IMG/VR virus record: IMGVR_UViG_3300030105_001626
Coordinates: 13,625 to 77,624 of that record
Direction: 5' to 3' (one strand)
DNA length: 64,000 nt
Source of the DNA: a virus
The notes under the pieces were generated by a model, which was not told where the DNA came from, did not search any database, and worked only from the letters and a program-made list of their open reading frames with translations. Made by a program: the position numbers and the translations under genes. Shown here in pieces: positions 1 to 10,809 of the stretch (position 1 is its first letter; every line of letters begins with the position of its first letter).

Positions 1-379
1 GTTTTGGTCCACCATATTCATTTAGGCCTTTTTGAAATGTATGCCAACTTGACCTATCTTCAGTCATTTTATAAGCACCACCAAATTTATTTAATTTAAG
101 ACCATGTTTCTTTTCTAAATCTTTCATGGTTTTCGCATGAGTAGTTTGGTCTTTCATTGCTTCAGTATGATTTGGACTTGTAGAGTAAGATTTCATTGCT
201 TTCGTAAAAGCTTTATGATGCAACTTTCTTGCAGTGTTATGTTGTTCTACGCCATCTTCAGAGATATCTTGGCCAACTTGACCACCAGCAACATCGACTG
301 AATCATCTTTATATTTCTTAATCATGCCTTGCTGTTTTGTTTTAGAAGGCTCTACGTTTGTTTTATTTTTTGTTTCCAT
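1..379 (-). CDS. partial hypothetical charged protein (runs off window start)
   Basis: Manual translation from ATG at 379 (METKNKTNVEPSK...) stays open to position 1; start overlaps the stop of the upstream ORF. Confidence 0.7.
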   Translation of the reverse strand, partial: METKNKTNVEPSKTKQQGMIKKYKDDSVDVAGGQVGQDISEDGVEQHNTARKLHHKAFTKAMKSYSTSPNHTEAMKDQTTHAKTMKDLEKKHGLKLNKFGGAYKMTEDRSSWHTFQKGLNEYGGPK

Positions 380-771
380 CAAATTGTCTCTCTTAAAATA
401 ATTTCTACTCGTGAATCAATAGGTATATCGGCTGATATAAGGTCAACACCTTGAATACCTATTACCGTATTTGGCATTAGGTTAAGAAATGTTAAATAAG
501 TCTTAAGTGCTGAGTAATCTTCAGGTACCATTTTATAAAATAACAATCTAGTTGCTACTACTGGACCAAAAACATTACAAAGAACTATTAAATGATTTAT
601 TATTAATCGTTCTTTTATTTCACCAACTGACCTATATCGTTTAAATAGTCTCTTAAGATAATTGAATCTCTTCATATCATCTTTAAATTCACTCATGACA
701 CAATTAGGTCTATCATAAGCTTTTACTGCATACATCATTAAACTATCATGGTTTAAATTATCAAATATCAT
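379..771 (-). CDS. conserved T4-like phage hypothetical protein
   Basis: 130 aa ORF with SD GGAG; FxDDxKRFxYLKRL...ERLIINHLIVLxNVFG pattern recalled from marine T4-like phages. Confidence 0.75.
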   Translation of the reverse strand: MIFDNLNHDSLMMYAVKAYDRPNCVMSEFKDDMKRFNYLKRLFKRYRSVGEIKERLIINHLIVLCNVFGPVVATRLLFYKMVPEDYSALKTYLTFLNLMPNTVIGIQGVDLISADIPIDSRVEIILRETI

Positions 772-782
772 ATTACTCCAGA

Positions 783-1217
783 TTATTCTAGTTCTAGTTC
801 TTCCTCATCTTCTTCATCTGCTAGAATTTCATCCAAAGATTCATTATCAATTGCTTCAGCATAAAAATCATATGTGCCATCGTCTGCTAGATAATATAAA
901 ATATACATTGAATATTCTTCAACTGATAATTCATTACCAAATTGATTTAATTCAATTGTTAATTCGTCTTCTTGTGGATTAAGGTCATAAAGTGTAGGTA
1001 TATCTAAAGCGTGTCTACTTAATACTTTACGAACCGTCTGTATGCCCGAATATGGAGACTTAACTTCTACTAATTCTCTAGAGAGGCGGAGGTTTATGTC
1101 CGCTCTAACTCTAGGATTAGATATTGAAGTTGCACCAAGTCCATTTGGCGTGAGTGTTTTAATCGCTTGGCCAGAATCTGTAGCTACAGTCTGGCTCAAA
1201 TATTGTTTAAAGTTCAT
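783..1217 (-). CDS. hypothetical protein with acidic C-terminus
   Basis: 144 aa ORF tightly packed in the operon. Confidence 0.7.
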   Translation of the reverse strand: MNFKQYLSQTVATDSGQAIKTLTPNGLGATSISNPRVRADINLRLSRELVEVKSPYSGIQTVRKVLSRHALDIPTLYDLNPQEDELTIELNQFGNELSVEEYSMYILYYLADDGTYDFYAEAIDNESLDEILADEEDEEELELE

Positions 1218-1220
1218 TTG

Positions 1221-2795
1221 TTATAAAGGCGTTGCATCACCAGTAATACTACCCATAGCAACTAATGTTTCATAGTTGACACGACCAGCACGACCGCCTG
1301 TACCAATAGTTTCTCTAACCCAACCAGCGTGAGTGATTTGAGAACCGCCAGGACCTGAACCTCTGATTGCCTCTGCAGTTGCTTGAACTACTGTAGCAGT
1401 TAGTGGTATAACAAAGTGTTGAGCATTATTACCTGTGCCTGTAACTTTTGGAATGTCTTCTATTGCATAAGTTAATCCAGTCGGAGTACCAGCTGTTGTA
1501 ACTATTGCAGCATTATTATTAATTTCAGTTAAAGTGAAACCTGTTCTTGATGAAGCAGCGCCGCCTGTTACAGCAGAAACTCTATAAGATTTAGGTGAAC
1601 CAGCATATCCTGTGATACTACCACTTCCGCCGAGAGTACCTGATATTGTAATTACATCGTCAACTGCAAGTGCAGTTGCACCCATTGAGAATACACCAGC
1701 TGTATTAGTAATTGCGACAGTGCCTGCAGGATTTGTTATAGTATTTGTTTCTTTAACTTGGAAAGTTGATGCAGATAATCCTGTTCCTGTAGCAATAAAG
1801 TAAGTTGTACCAGAAGTTAAACCAGTTGCAGTTGTACCACCGCCATTATTATAAACTAAAGAAAAACCAGCTGTACTAGGTCTTGTGCCACCAAATGTAA
1901 ATACACTTGAGTTTACTGCCAAAGCAGATGTAGCAATTGTCATTCTAGGACTATCAATTGTAACTGCTGGAATAGTTGCGTAATTTGAACCTAAGTTTGT
2001 CATTACTGTACCACCTACTACCATACTTCCGCCTGAGAATTGTGCAACAGCCGTTGCAGTTATTCCTTTTAAAGATTGATTATTGTTACCTGTTCCTGTA
2101 AGAGCTACTTTAGTTCCAGCACCTGAATTAGCTAATGTTGAAGCTAATGCAACTGTTGTTGCTGTAAGTTTGATAATAAAATAAGTTGTACCATCAGCTA
2201 AACCACCTAATACTGTACCACTATTAGCTAAATATTTAACTGCGGTGCCAGTTGTTGGAACAGCTGCAGCTGCTAATGTAATTGTGTCAGTTGCAATTGT
2301 AACAGCTGTTGTAGCAAATACTGATTGTCCTGCTCCAGCTATTGTTACAGCCGGTACTTCAGCTGTAGGATATCCTAAACCTAAATTTATTTCAGATATA
2401 CCTACAATATTGTCTTCACTTCTTTCAGTTTCTTCTGTATCTATACCAAATACATCCTTTGGATTATTTTCATTATGAACAGATGAAGCTGATATTGAAC
2501 GAGGTTTCTCATTTAGTGTATATTGAGCACCAGTACTGACTGTTGTCATTGTAGAGCCAGGTATTCCTGCTTTTACTTTACAACTTGTATTTGATGCTAC
2601 TGATGTGATTAAATATGAATCAAGATATCCGGCGCCGCCAGTTGTTACGACTATGTAGCCAAATGTTCCTTTACCAACAGCGGGTTTTGCTTGTGTCAAA
2701 AATGCAGTGCCGCTCCCTGTTACAACACCAGTGCTACCATTAATTGCTATAGTACCTGATGATGGTTTGTCGTCTCTGTTTCCCCATAAAGCCAT
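1221..2795 (-). CDS. virion structural / fibre-like protein (Gly/Thr/Ala-rich, repeated beta modules)
   Basis: 524 aa, MALWG start, internal repeats (GLADGTTYFI / GLTSGTTYFI; TGTGNNNQ / TGTGNNAQ); SD AGGAG and late promoter upstream. Confidence 0.7.
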   Translation of the reverse strand: MALWGNRDDKPSSGTIAINGSTGVVTGSGTAFLTQAKPAVGKGTFGYIVVTTGGAGYLDSYLITSVASNTSCKVKAGIPGSTMTTVSTGAQYTLNEKPRSISASSVHNENNPKDVFGIDTEETERSEDNIVGISEINLGLGYPTAEVPAVTIAGAGQSVFATTAVTIATDTITLAAAAVPTTGTAVKYLANSGTVLGGLADGTTYFIIKLTATTVALASTLANSGAGTKVALTGTGNNNQSLKGITATAVAQFSGGSMVVGGTVMTNLGSNYATIPAVTIDSPRMTIATSALAVNSSVFTFGGTRPSTAGFSLVYNNGGGTTATGLTSGTTYFIATGTGLSASTFQVKETNTITNPAGTVAITNTAGVFSMGATALAVDDVITISGTLGGSGSITGYAGSPKSYRVSAVTGGAASSRTGFTLTEINNNAAIVTTAGTPTGLTYAIEDIPKVTGTGNNAQHFVIPLTATVVQATAEAIRGSGPGGSQITHAGWVRETIGTGGRAGRVNYETLVAMGSITGDATPL

Positions 2796-2850
2796 GTGTA
2801 TCTCCTTATTGTTTCTTTTTTTTGTTTAATTAATATTTTACTTTATAATC

Positions 2851-2858
2851 TATTTATA
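2851..2858 (-). promoter_or_regulatory. T4-type late promoter TATAAATA
   Basis: Exact gp55 consensus in the intergenic gap upstream of 2795. Confidence 0.75.
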
Positions 2859-2870
2859 CCATCAACGTGT

Positions 2871-4940
2871 CTAGTTACTGTCATTCTTACTGATGTTGTT
2901 ATTCAAAGTAGGCTCGTTCTGAAAGGTCTCAGGCTTTACTTTCTTATCTTTTTCTTTCTTAGCTGCTTCTTTTACCGTTTGTACCTTTTTACTTAAATCA
3001 TATGGTTTATTTCTAGGTCTTTGCGAATAATCAGGAATTTTAGATTTACCAGTCGCAAAACTCTTTTGTGTTTCCATATCATTTAATTTCTTAGCAACAC
3101 GGTCTGAAGCTGAAGATTCTTTTACCACCATACTCTTTAGTTTGTCTTTTCTTTTTGACATGTATCTTGAAGCTGGAGTACTATCTTTTGCAATTTTTGC
3201 TTTTGATTTTGCTATTTTCTTCGCATATCCAGGATTAGTCTTATCTATCATATTAGCAATATCATTATCTTCTTTTGCTAATTTTTGAGTTGCAGTATGA
3301 ATGCCTTTCGTTCTTACTTTCATTCGTTGGCTATACATATCTTTCATTTCATTATCTCTTGGTCGAGTTGCATAAGCTCTACCTTGAGCATTACGACTTA
3401 ATGAACCTGCAGCTTGTGGTATATAACTTTTTAATGTATTTTTAGATAACTCATCTAAAGACTCATTCTTTGGTTTAGTTAAAGCTTGTTCATTAGGACC
3501 ATAACCTTTTGGTGTTACATCTGTAGTTTTAAAACTATTTGCTGGCATATTTTTCTTAGCAACTCGTTTCATTAGTTGTTGAATATGTGGAGGTAATTCT
3601 TTCTTCTTAGCGGGTTTAGAATTAGCAAGTCTCGCATCTTCTTTTCTATTTGTATCTATATTTTTATAGTAACCTTCTTTGATATCTCTAACAGTAGGTC
3701 TTAAAAGTGCAGCTACTTCTTCATTCTTAAATGAACCAGGTGATGAGACTGAATCAGAACCCATTGTGTCTGCCCATTGACTTGTGTTTGGTTTTTTGTG
3801 TTTAGATGGTGCATTTTTTAAAGTACTTGCAAGTCTCTGATTATCTGTTTTGCCTTTAGGTTCACCTCCATATTCTCTTTGAGTCTTTTGTTGTGTTACA
3901 ATCTTATTAGCTCTTTGGCGATTAGATTCTTTTGTTCTAGCTAACTTCTCTGCAGGTGTCTCTTCAATCATTCTTTGTGGTTCTTTAGTGTGAAGATGAA
4001 CATCAATACCTTTAGTGTCTTTTGCACCAAATTGTTTTGCTGCATTTTTAGCTGCATCATATGATGATGTGCCTTTAACTTTTCTTGTACCATGTTTAAC
4101 ATGAACAGCTGTGTAATCTCTATTTTCTTTAGTTAATTTATCTGTAGCTCTATTAATACCTTTTCTTCGATTGAAAATTGTTCTTTGTCTAGCCATACGC
4201 TCTGCTCGAGTATCATCAAAAGAAGCTTCTGGTTCATTATCTCTCACATGGTCAGTAGCATCTTTATGTGCTTTCTTAATATAAGAACCCATTGTTTTTG
4301 GTGCTAACTCATTTAATTCTATCTGTTGTAAACGAAAGTCTGTAATTTCTGAATCTGTCATTTCTGATATAGCGATAATTAAGTCATTTCTATAGCTTTC
4401 TGTAGCTTCTATTCTACTGCCGCCTTTGTAATCACCACTTCTATCTACATTAGTTTCAGTAAAAGAATCTACATAAGATTTATTAGTGTTTCGTTTGCGG
4501 CCTCCAGCAGTACTTTCTCTTTCTTTTGTTTTTTTCATTGGACCAATATATGCTTTTTTGCTTGGGTCTTTTCTCATTCCTGCAGTTTTAACTTCTTTAG
4601 CACCTGCAAAAGGAAGTGAATCTTCTTTCACACAATTATTTACACGCTTGCCTGTGTTTTTGCCAGTTCCTGGTTTTGTGCCTTTTTTTCTATAGCCGTC
4701 CCAACACTTATCATATCCATCCACAGCATCCGCTTCTTTCATGATATTGTCATGATTAGCAATTGCATATTCATTAGCATCCTTTTCGTTATCAAATTCT
4801 TTAGCAATACTACCACTGTTGTTGTAGACACAATATGTTCCATCTTTATGTCTCGTAACGTGGTCTTTAGGGTCCATTTCTTCGTTTTGAGTAAAAGATT
4901 CAAGTGCCTTTCGTTTTTGTTCTTTCAGTGTTATTGCCAT
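2871..4940 (-). CDS. large charged protein, probable capsid-internal protein
   Basis: 689 aa Lys/Glu-rich; repeated module LNELAPKTMGSYIKKA / LDELSKNTLKSYIPQA; many xxE sites resembling gp21 cleavage sites. Confidence 0.6.
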   Translation of the reverse strand: MAITLKEQKRKALESFTQNEEMDPKDHVTRHKDGTYCVYNNSGSIAKEFDNEKDANEYAIANHDNIMKEADAVDGYDKCWDGYRKKGTKPGTGKNTGKRVNNCVKEDSLPFAGAKEVKTAGMRKDPSKKAYIGPMKKTKERESTAGGRKRNTNKSYVDSFTETNVDRSGDYKGGSRIEATESYRNDLIIAISEMTDSEITDFRLQQIELNELAPKTMGSYIKKAHKDATDHVRDNEPEASFDDTRAERMARQRTIFNRRKGINRATDKLTKENRDYTAVHVKHGTRKVKGTSSYDAAKNAAKQFGAKDTKGIDVHLHTKEPQRMIEETPAEKLARTKESNRQRANKIVTQQKTQREYGGEPKGKTDNQRLASTLKNAPSKHKKPNTSQWADTMGSDSVSSPGSFKNEEVAALLRPTVRDIKEGYYKNIDTNRKEDARLANSKPAKKKELPPHIQQLMKRVAKKNMPANSFKTTDVTPKGYGPNEQALTKPKNESLDELSKNTLKSYIPQAAGSLSRNAQGRAYATRPRDNEMKDMYSQRMKVRTKGIHTATQKLAKEDNDIANMIDKTNPGYAKKIAKSKAKIAKDSTPASRYMSKRKDKLKSMVVKESSASDRVAKKLNDMETQKSFATGKSKIPDYSQRPRNKPYDLSKKVQTVKEAAKKEKDKKVKPETFQNEPTLNNNISKNDSN

Positions 4941-4960
4941 TTTTACTTCCTTAATTTGAA

Positions 4961-6520
4961 TTATCGTTGGTTGTCACTCATGTATTGTGCTTTAGCTCTA
5001 GCTCTATTTGCATCTGATGATTTTTTCTGTGCTTTTGATAACTTCGGTTCTTTAGACTTGATTTTTTTAGAAGCATTCATCATTCCATAAGAAGCATTTA
5101 CTTTCCCATAAGACTCATTCTTCTGTCTTGCTAAATCTTTGTCTAATTCTTTCTTATCTTTATAATCATCTTTCTGAGCAAGTTTAGTAGCAGTAGCATA
5201 CATTACATTTTTTGCATCTTTACCATATGTGTCTTTAAATGATTTAAGATTCTTTTTCATGCCTTTAACGATATACTCTTTATGTTCGTCCTCATCATCG
5301 GTCATTTTCTTTTCGTCTAATACCACATTGTCAAAATAAGCATCTTTTTCGGTAACTGGTTCTAAACCACTCATGCCTTTTTTCTTCATTGCAACGGTGT
5401 CTTTCATTACATGATGTTTCATGTTTGCTTTGTAATCATCGTCAGCTGTTTTGTTATTATCATAACCTTGTTCTGCATTTTCTTTCTTCATGGCACGAAG
5501 TTTTTTAAAGTCTTTACCATCAATTTTATCATCATCATGAACATCAATTGATTGTTGTGCAGGAGTTAATTCTTTTGCTGATTTTAATACTCTAACGCCG
5601 CCATTGAAACTAGATGGATACATTTCATCAAGTTCTTGATGTATATCATCATTAGTAACAGTTGACATTGGTGCAGATTCGTTTCTAACTGTAACTCTAA
5701 TGTTTGAAGGTACTGTACCAGATGCTGCTTCTTCTTCAGAATCTTTTCTTTGTGACATGAATTTTTGATTCTTTTTCATCTCAGCTTCATATTGGTCTTG
5801 ATTCTTTTCAGTAGCACTTCTAGTGTTATCTGTTTGATGGTCTACACCTGATGTTTGCTTATCAGCATAGAAAGCTGGTTTAGCAGATTGACCAGGAGTT
5901 ACTGATAGATTATTATACATTGCTTGTAGAGCTGGTAGCCCATTTTGTGCATAATCTTCACGCATCTGGCTAAATGGTTTTTTAGAATCAACCATTACGC
6001 CTCTCATTTTGTTTATTTTTGCAACATTTGATTTTGGTTTTGTATCTAGTTTTTTGTTTCTATCTATTTTTGATAGGTCTTTACTAGAAGGTCCATCGAC
6101 CTCTGTTTCTTTTTCTTTAGTAGAAGCGCCATATGATTTACCTGTAACACGAGTAACACCGCCTGAACCGGGAGAATATTCATTTAGTTTTTCATCTTCA
6201 TACATCTTCTTAGCTACTTTAGAGCCTTTACCTTTAGGAGCAAGCATCATGTTTTCTTTTTGCATTGCTTTTTTCTTCCTATCAGCTTCAGCTTTCTTCA
6301 TGCCCATTTGAGCAAGAGACTTAGCTCTATCTATTCCGCCAGAAGGACCTGGATGATTTTTAGAATCAGCACCAGTATATGATACAGTAGTGACGCCGTT
6401 TTTAACTGTACGAGTTATTGCTTCGTCTAGTGTATCTTGAGTTTTGTCTTCAGATTTTTTTATAATCTCAAGAACGGTGTCAGAAACACCTTTTAACTTG
6501 TTTATTTCATTATTGAACAA
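4961..6520 (-). CDS. large charged protein, probable capsid-internal protein (TTG start)
   Basis: 519 aa; SD AGGAG before TTG; EF-hand-like DVHDDDKIDGKDF; xxE sites. Confidence 0.6.
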   Translation of the reverse strand: MFNNEINKLKGVSDTVLEIIKKSEDKTQDTLDEAITRTVKNGVTTVSYTGADSKNHPGPSGGIDRAKSLAQMGMKKAEADRKKKAMQKENMMLAPKGKGSKVAKKMYEDEKLNEYSPGSGGVTRVTGKSYGASTKEKETEVDGPSSKDLSKIDRNKKLDTKPKSNVAKINKMRGVMVDSKKPFSQMREDYAQNGLPALQAMYNNLSVTPGQSAKPAFYADKQTSGVDHQTDNTRSATEKNQDQYEAEMKKNQKFMSQRKDSEEEAASGTVPSNIRVTVRNESAPMSTVTNDDIHQELDEMYPSSFNGGVRVLKSAKELTPAQQSIDVHDDDKIDGKDFKKLRAMKKENAEQGYDNNKTADDDYKANMKHHVMKDTVAMKKKGMSGLEPVTEKDAYFDNVVLDEKKMTDDEDEHKEYIVKGMKKNLKSFKDTYGKDAKNVMYATATKLAQKDDYKDKKELDKDLARQKNESYGKVNASYGMMNASKKIKSKEPKLSKAQKKSSDANRARAKAQYMSDNQR

Positions 6521-6553
6521 TTTATTTCTCCTGTTTTAAATCTTTGTAAGTTA

Positions 6554-6844
6554 TTAACAATTCCATCTTCGTAATGCTTTATTAATTGGTGAGTCCGGAT
6601 TTCTAGCATTCTTTGGATTCGTCAATTTCTTTTTCATGCCCTTCATTCTTCTACAAAAAGATAATCGTCTTTTAGCACGTTTACCTCCTGCTTTAGGTTT
6701 CTTCTCTGTCACAGCTGTCTTTAACTTTGAACCTGGGTTCTCACTGCGATATGCTTTAACTGCAGCTCTACTTAGGCCATCTGTTTTATCAGCTTTATTT
6801 ATTTTCTGCCAATCTTCTTTAATGAATGTGGTTAGTGATTTCAA
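6554..6844 (-). CDS. small basic conserved phage protein with capsid-targeting-like N-terminus
   Basis: MKSLTTFIKE start; RRLSFCRRMKGM...INKALRRWNC motif. Confidence 0.7.
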   Translation of the reverse strand: MKSLTTFIKEDWQKINKADKTDGLSRAAVKAYRSENPGSKLKTAVTEKKPKAGGKRAKRRLSFCRRMKGMKKKLTNPKNARNPDSPINKALRRWNC

Positions 6845-8985
6845 CCTATTCCACCTCCACCCATACTTGTAATTCCTTTAAAGTTACCAAGTGCATTTCT
6901 TGCCTTCCATGTTGCTAATCTAATACCTTGATTATGTAATTTTTGGTTATTATTAGCAGATATTGATTCTATTCCATCTGCTGTACCTTCTTGAGATACT
7001 GGGTCAATCTTATTTCCATCTGCAGAAACTGTAAATGGTTTTTTTGGTTTTGCTATTTTAACATCACCTTGCATTCCTTGTTTATCTTTTGCAACATCAT
7101 CTGGAAATGCTTCATCTTTTGTCTTATTTATTTTACCTTGTGGTATTCTCTTTTTAGGTCCAAAGTTAGAATTAAAAGACATATTAGGGTCTTTACCCCA
7201 AGATTCAGGTGCGGCTGTATGACCTAATGACATACCAGCTTCTGGAAATCCAGGTGCAACAGATTCTTTTAATTCAACACAATAACCAGGTCCTTTATCA
7301 TTTAGATGAACCTTGCCTTGTATCTTATGAGCTTCTCGTGCAGCTGCAGCTCTAACTACAAACACCTTGCGTTTGCCGTTTTGCATAAGGTATTTAGTCA
7401 TTCTTTTACTCTCAACCTTTTCAGTAAACATATCTTCAAATGATGCATTTAACTCTTCTTGCACTGAAGGTTGTTTGTTATCTGTAGTAACAGGAACTAG
7501 TGTATCATGAACTACACGATGAGATACTTTATTGTCTGTACCATATCTACCAAAGCCATAATAGTCTAATCCTAATCTTCCAGCTTCTTCTTTTGCTTTT
7601 GAATTTGGATGAGGGTGTTTTCCAGAATCAGGCACTTTTGTTAGTGTATGTGATGTGTCTTTACCTTGTAATTCTCCAGCAATCCATGATTGTGCCACTT
7701 CATTTTCTGGTTTCTGTTCAATGAAATTACTAGCAAATTTAAATATCTCTTGCATTTCATCTTTCTTGCGTTTTACGTCATCAGGACTTGATTTTCTTAA
7801 GTCTAGTGAATTATCAAATTCAACATAATTTTGACCAAACATTTCAGCTAATTTAGGTCTAGACCTTTGAACATGTTCCCATTTTGCTTTTCTGACTTCT
7901 TCTGGCACTGTACGACCGCCACTTTGGCCTCTTTCAATATTTCTTTCTGCTGATATATTATCTTCAGTATTAACCATAACCATTGCAGAAGTATAACCTA
8001 ACTTTTCAAGAGCATCTTTAATGCGAGATATCTTCTCAACGTCTTCGCCTGTGCCATTAATAATAAGACCATTTCGTCCCATTAAAGCAAGTTTCTGTTT
8101 TAGTTCTGTAATTGATTTGGCTTTGCCTCTCACTGCATCTCTTTTACCTTTTTCAGATATCTTATCTGACATGATTTTAGACATGTTATTTTTATCTAAT
8201 AGATATTCAAATGCTTTATCTGAGTTTATTTCTGTTAATCCTAGTCCGTCTAATGTATTTGATAATACATAGTCTTTACCAGAACCAGGTCCACCTGCAA
8301 GAAACATTGCTTTGAATATTGCTTTATCATGTACACCTTCTATTAATATTTGTTCGAACTTGGTATCTATATCTTCTCTTACTCTCATACCACTCCTTAA
8401 ATCTTTGTATAGTTCTCTTGCATGTTGGTCTGTTACATGCTTAGGAACGCCTTGTCTAAATTTATTGTAGTTGCCTGCGGTTGCATGACCTCTAAGTTTA
8501 CTTGCAGACATTCCTGCAGTACCTTTTGCATCAGGGTCTCTAGCGCCAGCATTGTGTAATTTTATTTGTTTAAAATTAAACATAGCACCTTTGTGTGTGC
8601 CATTATATTTGTTTAATAATCTTTTGAATTCTGGTATTCTATCGCCACCTGCAATCATATGCAAATGTGTGTTACCAGCTTTGTGTAATTTTCTCGCTTG
8701 GTGCAAAAAAGTAGGATGTTCTCTTGATGATGTTGTTATATTTGTTCTAGGGAAGAATCTCTTAGCGTGTTTTACTTTTTGTGCAGCTGTCAGAGGATTT
8801 GATTTTGCATCATTAGTATGTGATAATACAACATGATGAGTTGCTTTGTATCTTGCGGCTACACTTTTAACTTTATCAACTAACTTGGCGTGACCTGTTG
8901 TAGGTGGTTGCAGACGACCAAATGCCATAGCGGCATGACGCTCTTGTGCTTCAACTATTACATCTATGAATTCTTTAAATTTCAT
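6841..8985 (-). CDS. cytidylyltransferase-like domain fused to a P-loop kinase (zeta-toxin/PNK-like)
   Basis: N-terminal FGRLQPPTTGH (HxGH-like) and MSASKLR; second domain LAGGPGSGKD Walker A. Confidence 0.75.
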   Translation of the reverse strand: MKFKEFIDVIVEAQERHAAMAFGRLQPPTTGHAKLVDKVKSVAARYKATHHVVLSHTNDAKSNPLTAAQKVKHAKRFFPRTNITTSSREHPTFLHQARKLHKAGNTHLHMIAGGDRIPEFKRLLNKYNGTHKGAMFNFKQIKLHNAGARDPDAKGTAGMSASKLRGHATAGNYNKFRQGVPKHVTDQHARELYKDLRSGMRVREDIDTKFEQILIEGVHDKAIFKAMFLAGGPGSGKDYVLSNTLDGLGLTEINSDKAFEYLLDKNNMSKIMSDKISEKGKRDAVRGKAKSITELKQKLALMGRNGLIINGTGEDVEKISRIKDALEKLGYTSAMVMVNTEDNISAERNIERGQSGGRTVPEEVRKAKWEHVQRSRPKLAEMFGQNYVEFDNSLDLRKSSPDDVKRKKDEMQEIFKFASNFIEQKPENEVAQSWIAGELQGKDTSHTLTKVPDSGKHPHPNSKAKEEAGRLGLDYYGFGRYGTDNKVSHRVVHDTLVPVTTDNKQPSVQEELNASFEDMFTEKVESKRMTKYLMQNGKRKVFVVRAAAAREAHKIQGKVHLNDKGPGYCVELKESVAPGFPEAGMSLGHTAAPESWGKDPNMSFNSNFGPKKRIPQGKINKTKDEAFPDDVAKDKQGMQGDVKIAKPKKPFTVSADGNKIDPVSQEGTADGIESISANNNQKLHNQGIRLATWKARNALGNFKGITSMGGGGIG

Positions 8986-9022
8986 TCCCGCCTCTGCAGC
9001 AGTTAGTTAATGTGGTATTTAG

Positions 9023-9030
9023 TATTTATA
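9023..9030 (-). promoter_or_regulatory. late promoter TATAAATA
   Basis: Exact consensus, intergenic, upstream of 8985. Confidence 0.7.
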
Positions 9031-9046
9031 CCTTTTTGGAGTGAAA

Positions 9047-9685
9047 TTATTCAGCTACAATAAAGGCATTACCAAATGGGTGTTCTCCTGTCCAATTTTC
9101 TTTTAGATGGCCATATTCATAATCAAAATACTTAATTTTAAACCCAGCTTCTACGATAGTGGTTAACCACCATTCTTCTGATTCTCTAGTAACATGTGTG
9201 ATATCCATTTCATACTCACGAATACGATATCTCTCGCCATCACCTAAAGGAACTGCAACAAATATAGATTTGCATCTAGCTCTTAATGATTTTAATACAG
9301 ATAGTATTTCATCTTTTGGTATATGTTCTAATACATCTTTAGCAATGATTAAGTCCCAACCACCTTTGATATCTTCTACTGCTTCAATTTTAGATACATA
9401 ATCTTTAACTTTTGGGTGGCACTTTTCAACTGCATATTCAGATACATCGACACCAAATGCTTCTTTACCTAATAATCTTAAGGCATGAACCATAAATCCT
9501 TTAGCACAACCAAAATCTAATACATTTTTAAATTCAATGTTGTTTATAATAGATGAGGCTTCACGAATACTTCTTTCTGGCATCCAACGATATTGTTCAT
9601 AAGCACTAACTCTCTTACGGACTCCATCTTCATAGTAATCTTCATTAAAAACTTCATATTTTTGTGTCTTATCAATATAACTCAT
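9047..9685 (-). CDS. class I SAM-dependent methyltransferase
   Basis: VLDFGCAKG motif I, GVDVS, DVLEHI. Confidence 0.85.
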   Translation of the reverse strand: MSYIDKTQKYEVFNEDYYEDGVRKRVSAYEQYRWMPERSIREASSIINNIEFKNVLDFGCAKGFMVHALRLLGKEAFGVDVSEYAVEKCHPKVKDYVSKIEAVEDIKGGWDLIIAKDVLEHIPKDEILSVLKSLRARCKSIFVAVPLGDGERYRIREYEMDITHVTRESEEWWLTTIVEAGFKIKYFDYEYGHLKENWTGEHPFGNAFIVAE

Positions 9686-9693
9686 AATATCCT

Positions 9694-10809
9694 TTAAGCA
9701 AATTCATTGTGTCGTGTTGGCATTAAAACATCATCTATTAATTCATTTTGCATTGCATACTTACAGTATGAACAATCGTGTTGTCTTGTAAAGTTATCTA
9801 CACCTTCTTGTGTGTTATAGAACTCTGTAATACCTTCAATATCACATAGTTTAAATTCATCATTCACACGATATAGATTTTCTGGTGCTAATTCTGCTGA
9901 TGGACAAACATAAACATTTCCATCAGTGAATACAAATGGTTTAACACCGTGCATATAACAATTACTATTTCTTCTCTCGCCTTTGAAGTTGAAATCCGAT
10001 AAGAAAGCGTATTGCAATTTACCAAATTCTTTTTCGTGGACTTTTATTAGACTTCTTATTTTTTCAATGTCTTGTTCTACAATCTTTGTTGCTTTGATAG
10101 CATTGAAAGCTATTCTAGTCGGTATTTTATTTTCTTCTACCCACATTAACATCTTTAAGAAGTTCTCTTCTTTATAATCATTTGATTTTAGTCTTCTTGC
10201 TTTATCATCGGACCATTCACCAGTTACATTTGGATTAGTTGATGTCTCCATTGCTCCGTCCCAAACATAGGCAGCTGAAATCTCGACATCATCAAGACCA
10301 TCAAAAACTTCAAGATTATATTCATAAGGTTTTTCTTCGTCCCATGCATACATGCCCAATCTTACCCATGAAAACATATGCCAAGTCTTTATCTTTTTAA
10401 GTAAAGAACCATTTGTGCATATACCAATCTTCATACCTTTGTTGTAAGCGTATTCCACTACTTCATCTAATTTTGGATGAAGAGTCGGTTCACCTCCGCC
10501 AGTAAATTCTAATCCCTCTGCACCAAGAGCGTGAAATTGGTCAATCGCAGACTTCATCTGGTCAACTGTAAGCATTTCTTTCATTGCTCTATTGGCAAAA
10601 CAACAGAATGAACATGTGAGATTACAAGGATTACATGGTGACATGTGAATCATTATTGGTTTAGGTTTCTTACCTTGTTGTAAGTCGACCAATCTATCCA
10701 TATGTTTTAGTAATTTGCTTGTATTACTAGAATAGCTTCGCCCTTTAATTTGAGCATCATTATCTGATTTTTTCTTTACAAATTTTATTGTTTGTGTCAA
10801 ATCAATCAA
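9694..10809 (-). CDS. radical SAM enzyme with C-terminal twitch/SPASM-like cysteines
   Basis: CNLTCSFC (CxxxCxxC), FTGGGEP, C-terminal C...DGNVYVC...CSYC. Confidence 0.9.
   Translation of the reverse strand: MIDLTQTIKFVKKKSDNDAQIKGRSYSSNTSKLLKHMDRLVDLQQGKKPKPIMIHMSPCNPCNLTCSFCCFANRAMKEMLTVDQMKSAIDQFHALGAEGLEFTGGGEPTLHPKLDEVVEYAYNKGMKIGICTNGSLLKKIKTWHMFSWVRLGMYAWDEEKPYEYNLEVFDGLDDVEISAAYVWDGAMETSTNPNVTGEWSDDKARRLKSNDYKEENFLKMLMWVEENKIPTRIAFNAIKATKIVEQDIEKIRSLIKVHEKEFGKLQYAFLSDFNFKGERRNSNCYMHGVKPFVFTDGNVYVCPSAELAPENLYRVNDEFKLCDIEGITEFYNTQEGVDNFTRQHDCSYCKYAMQNELIDDVLMPTRHNEFA

Noticed and set aside
9694-10809. Radical SAM enzyme as PqqE acting on the phage PqqA
   Set aside because: It lies about 15 kb away inside a glycosyl/methyltransferase cassette, has no PqqD partner, and lacks PqqE-like sequence context
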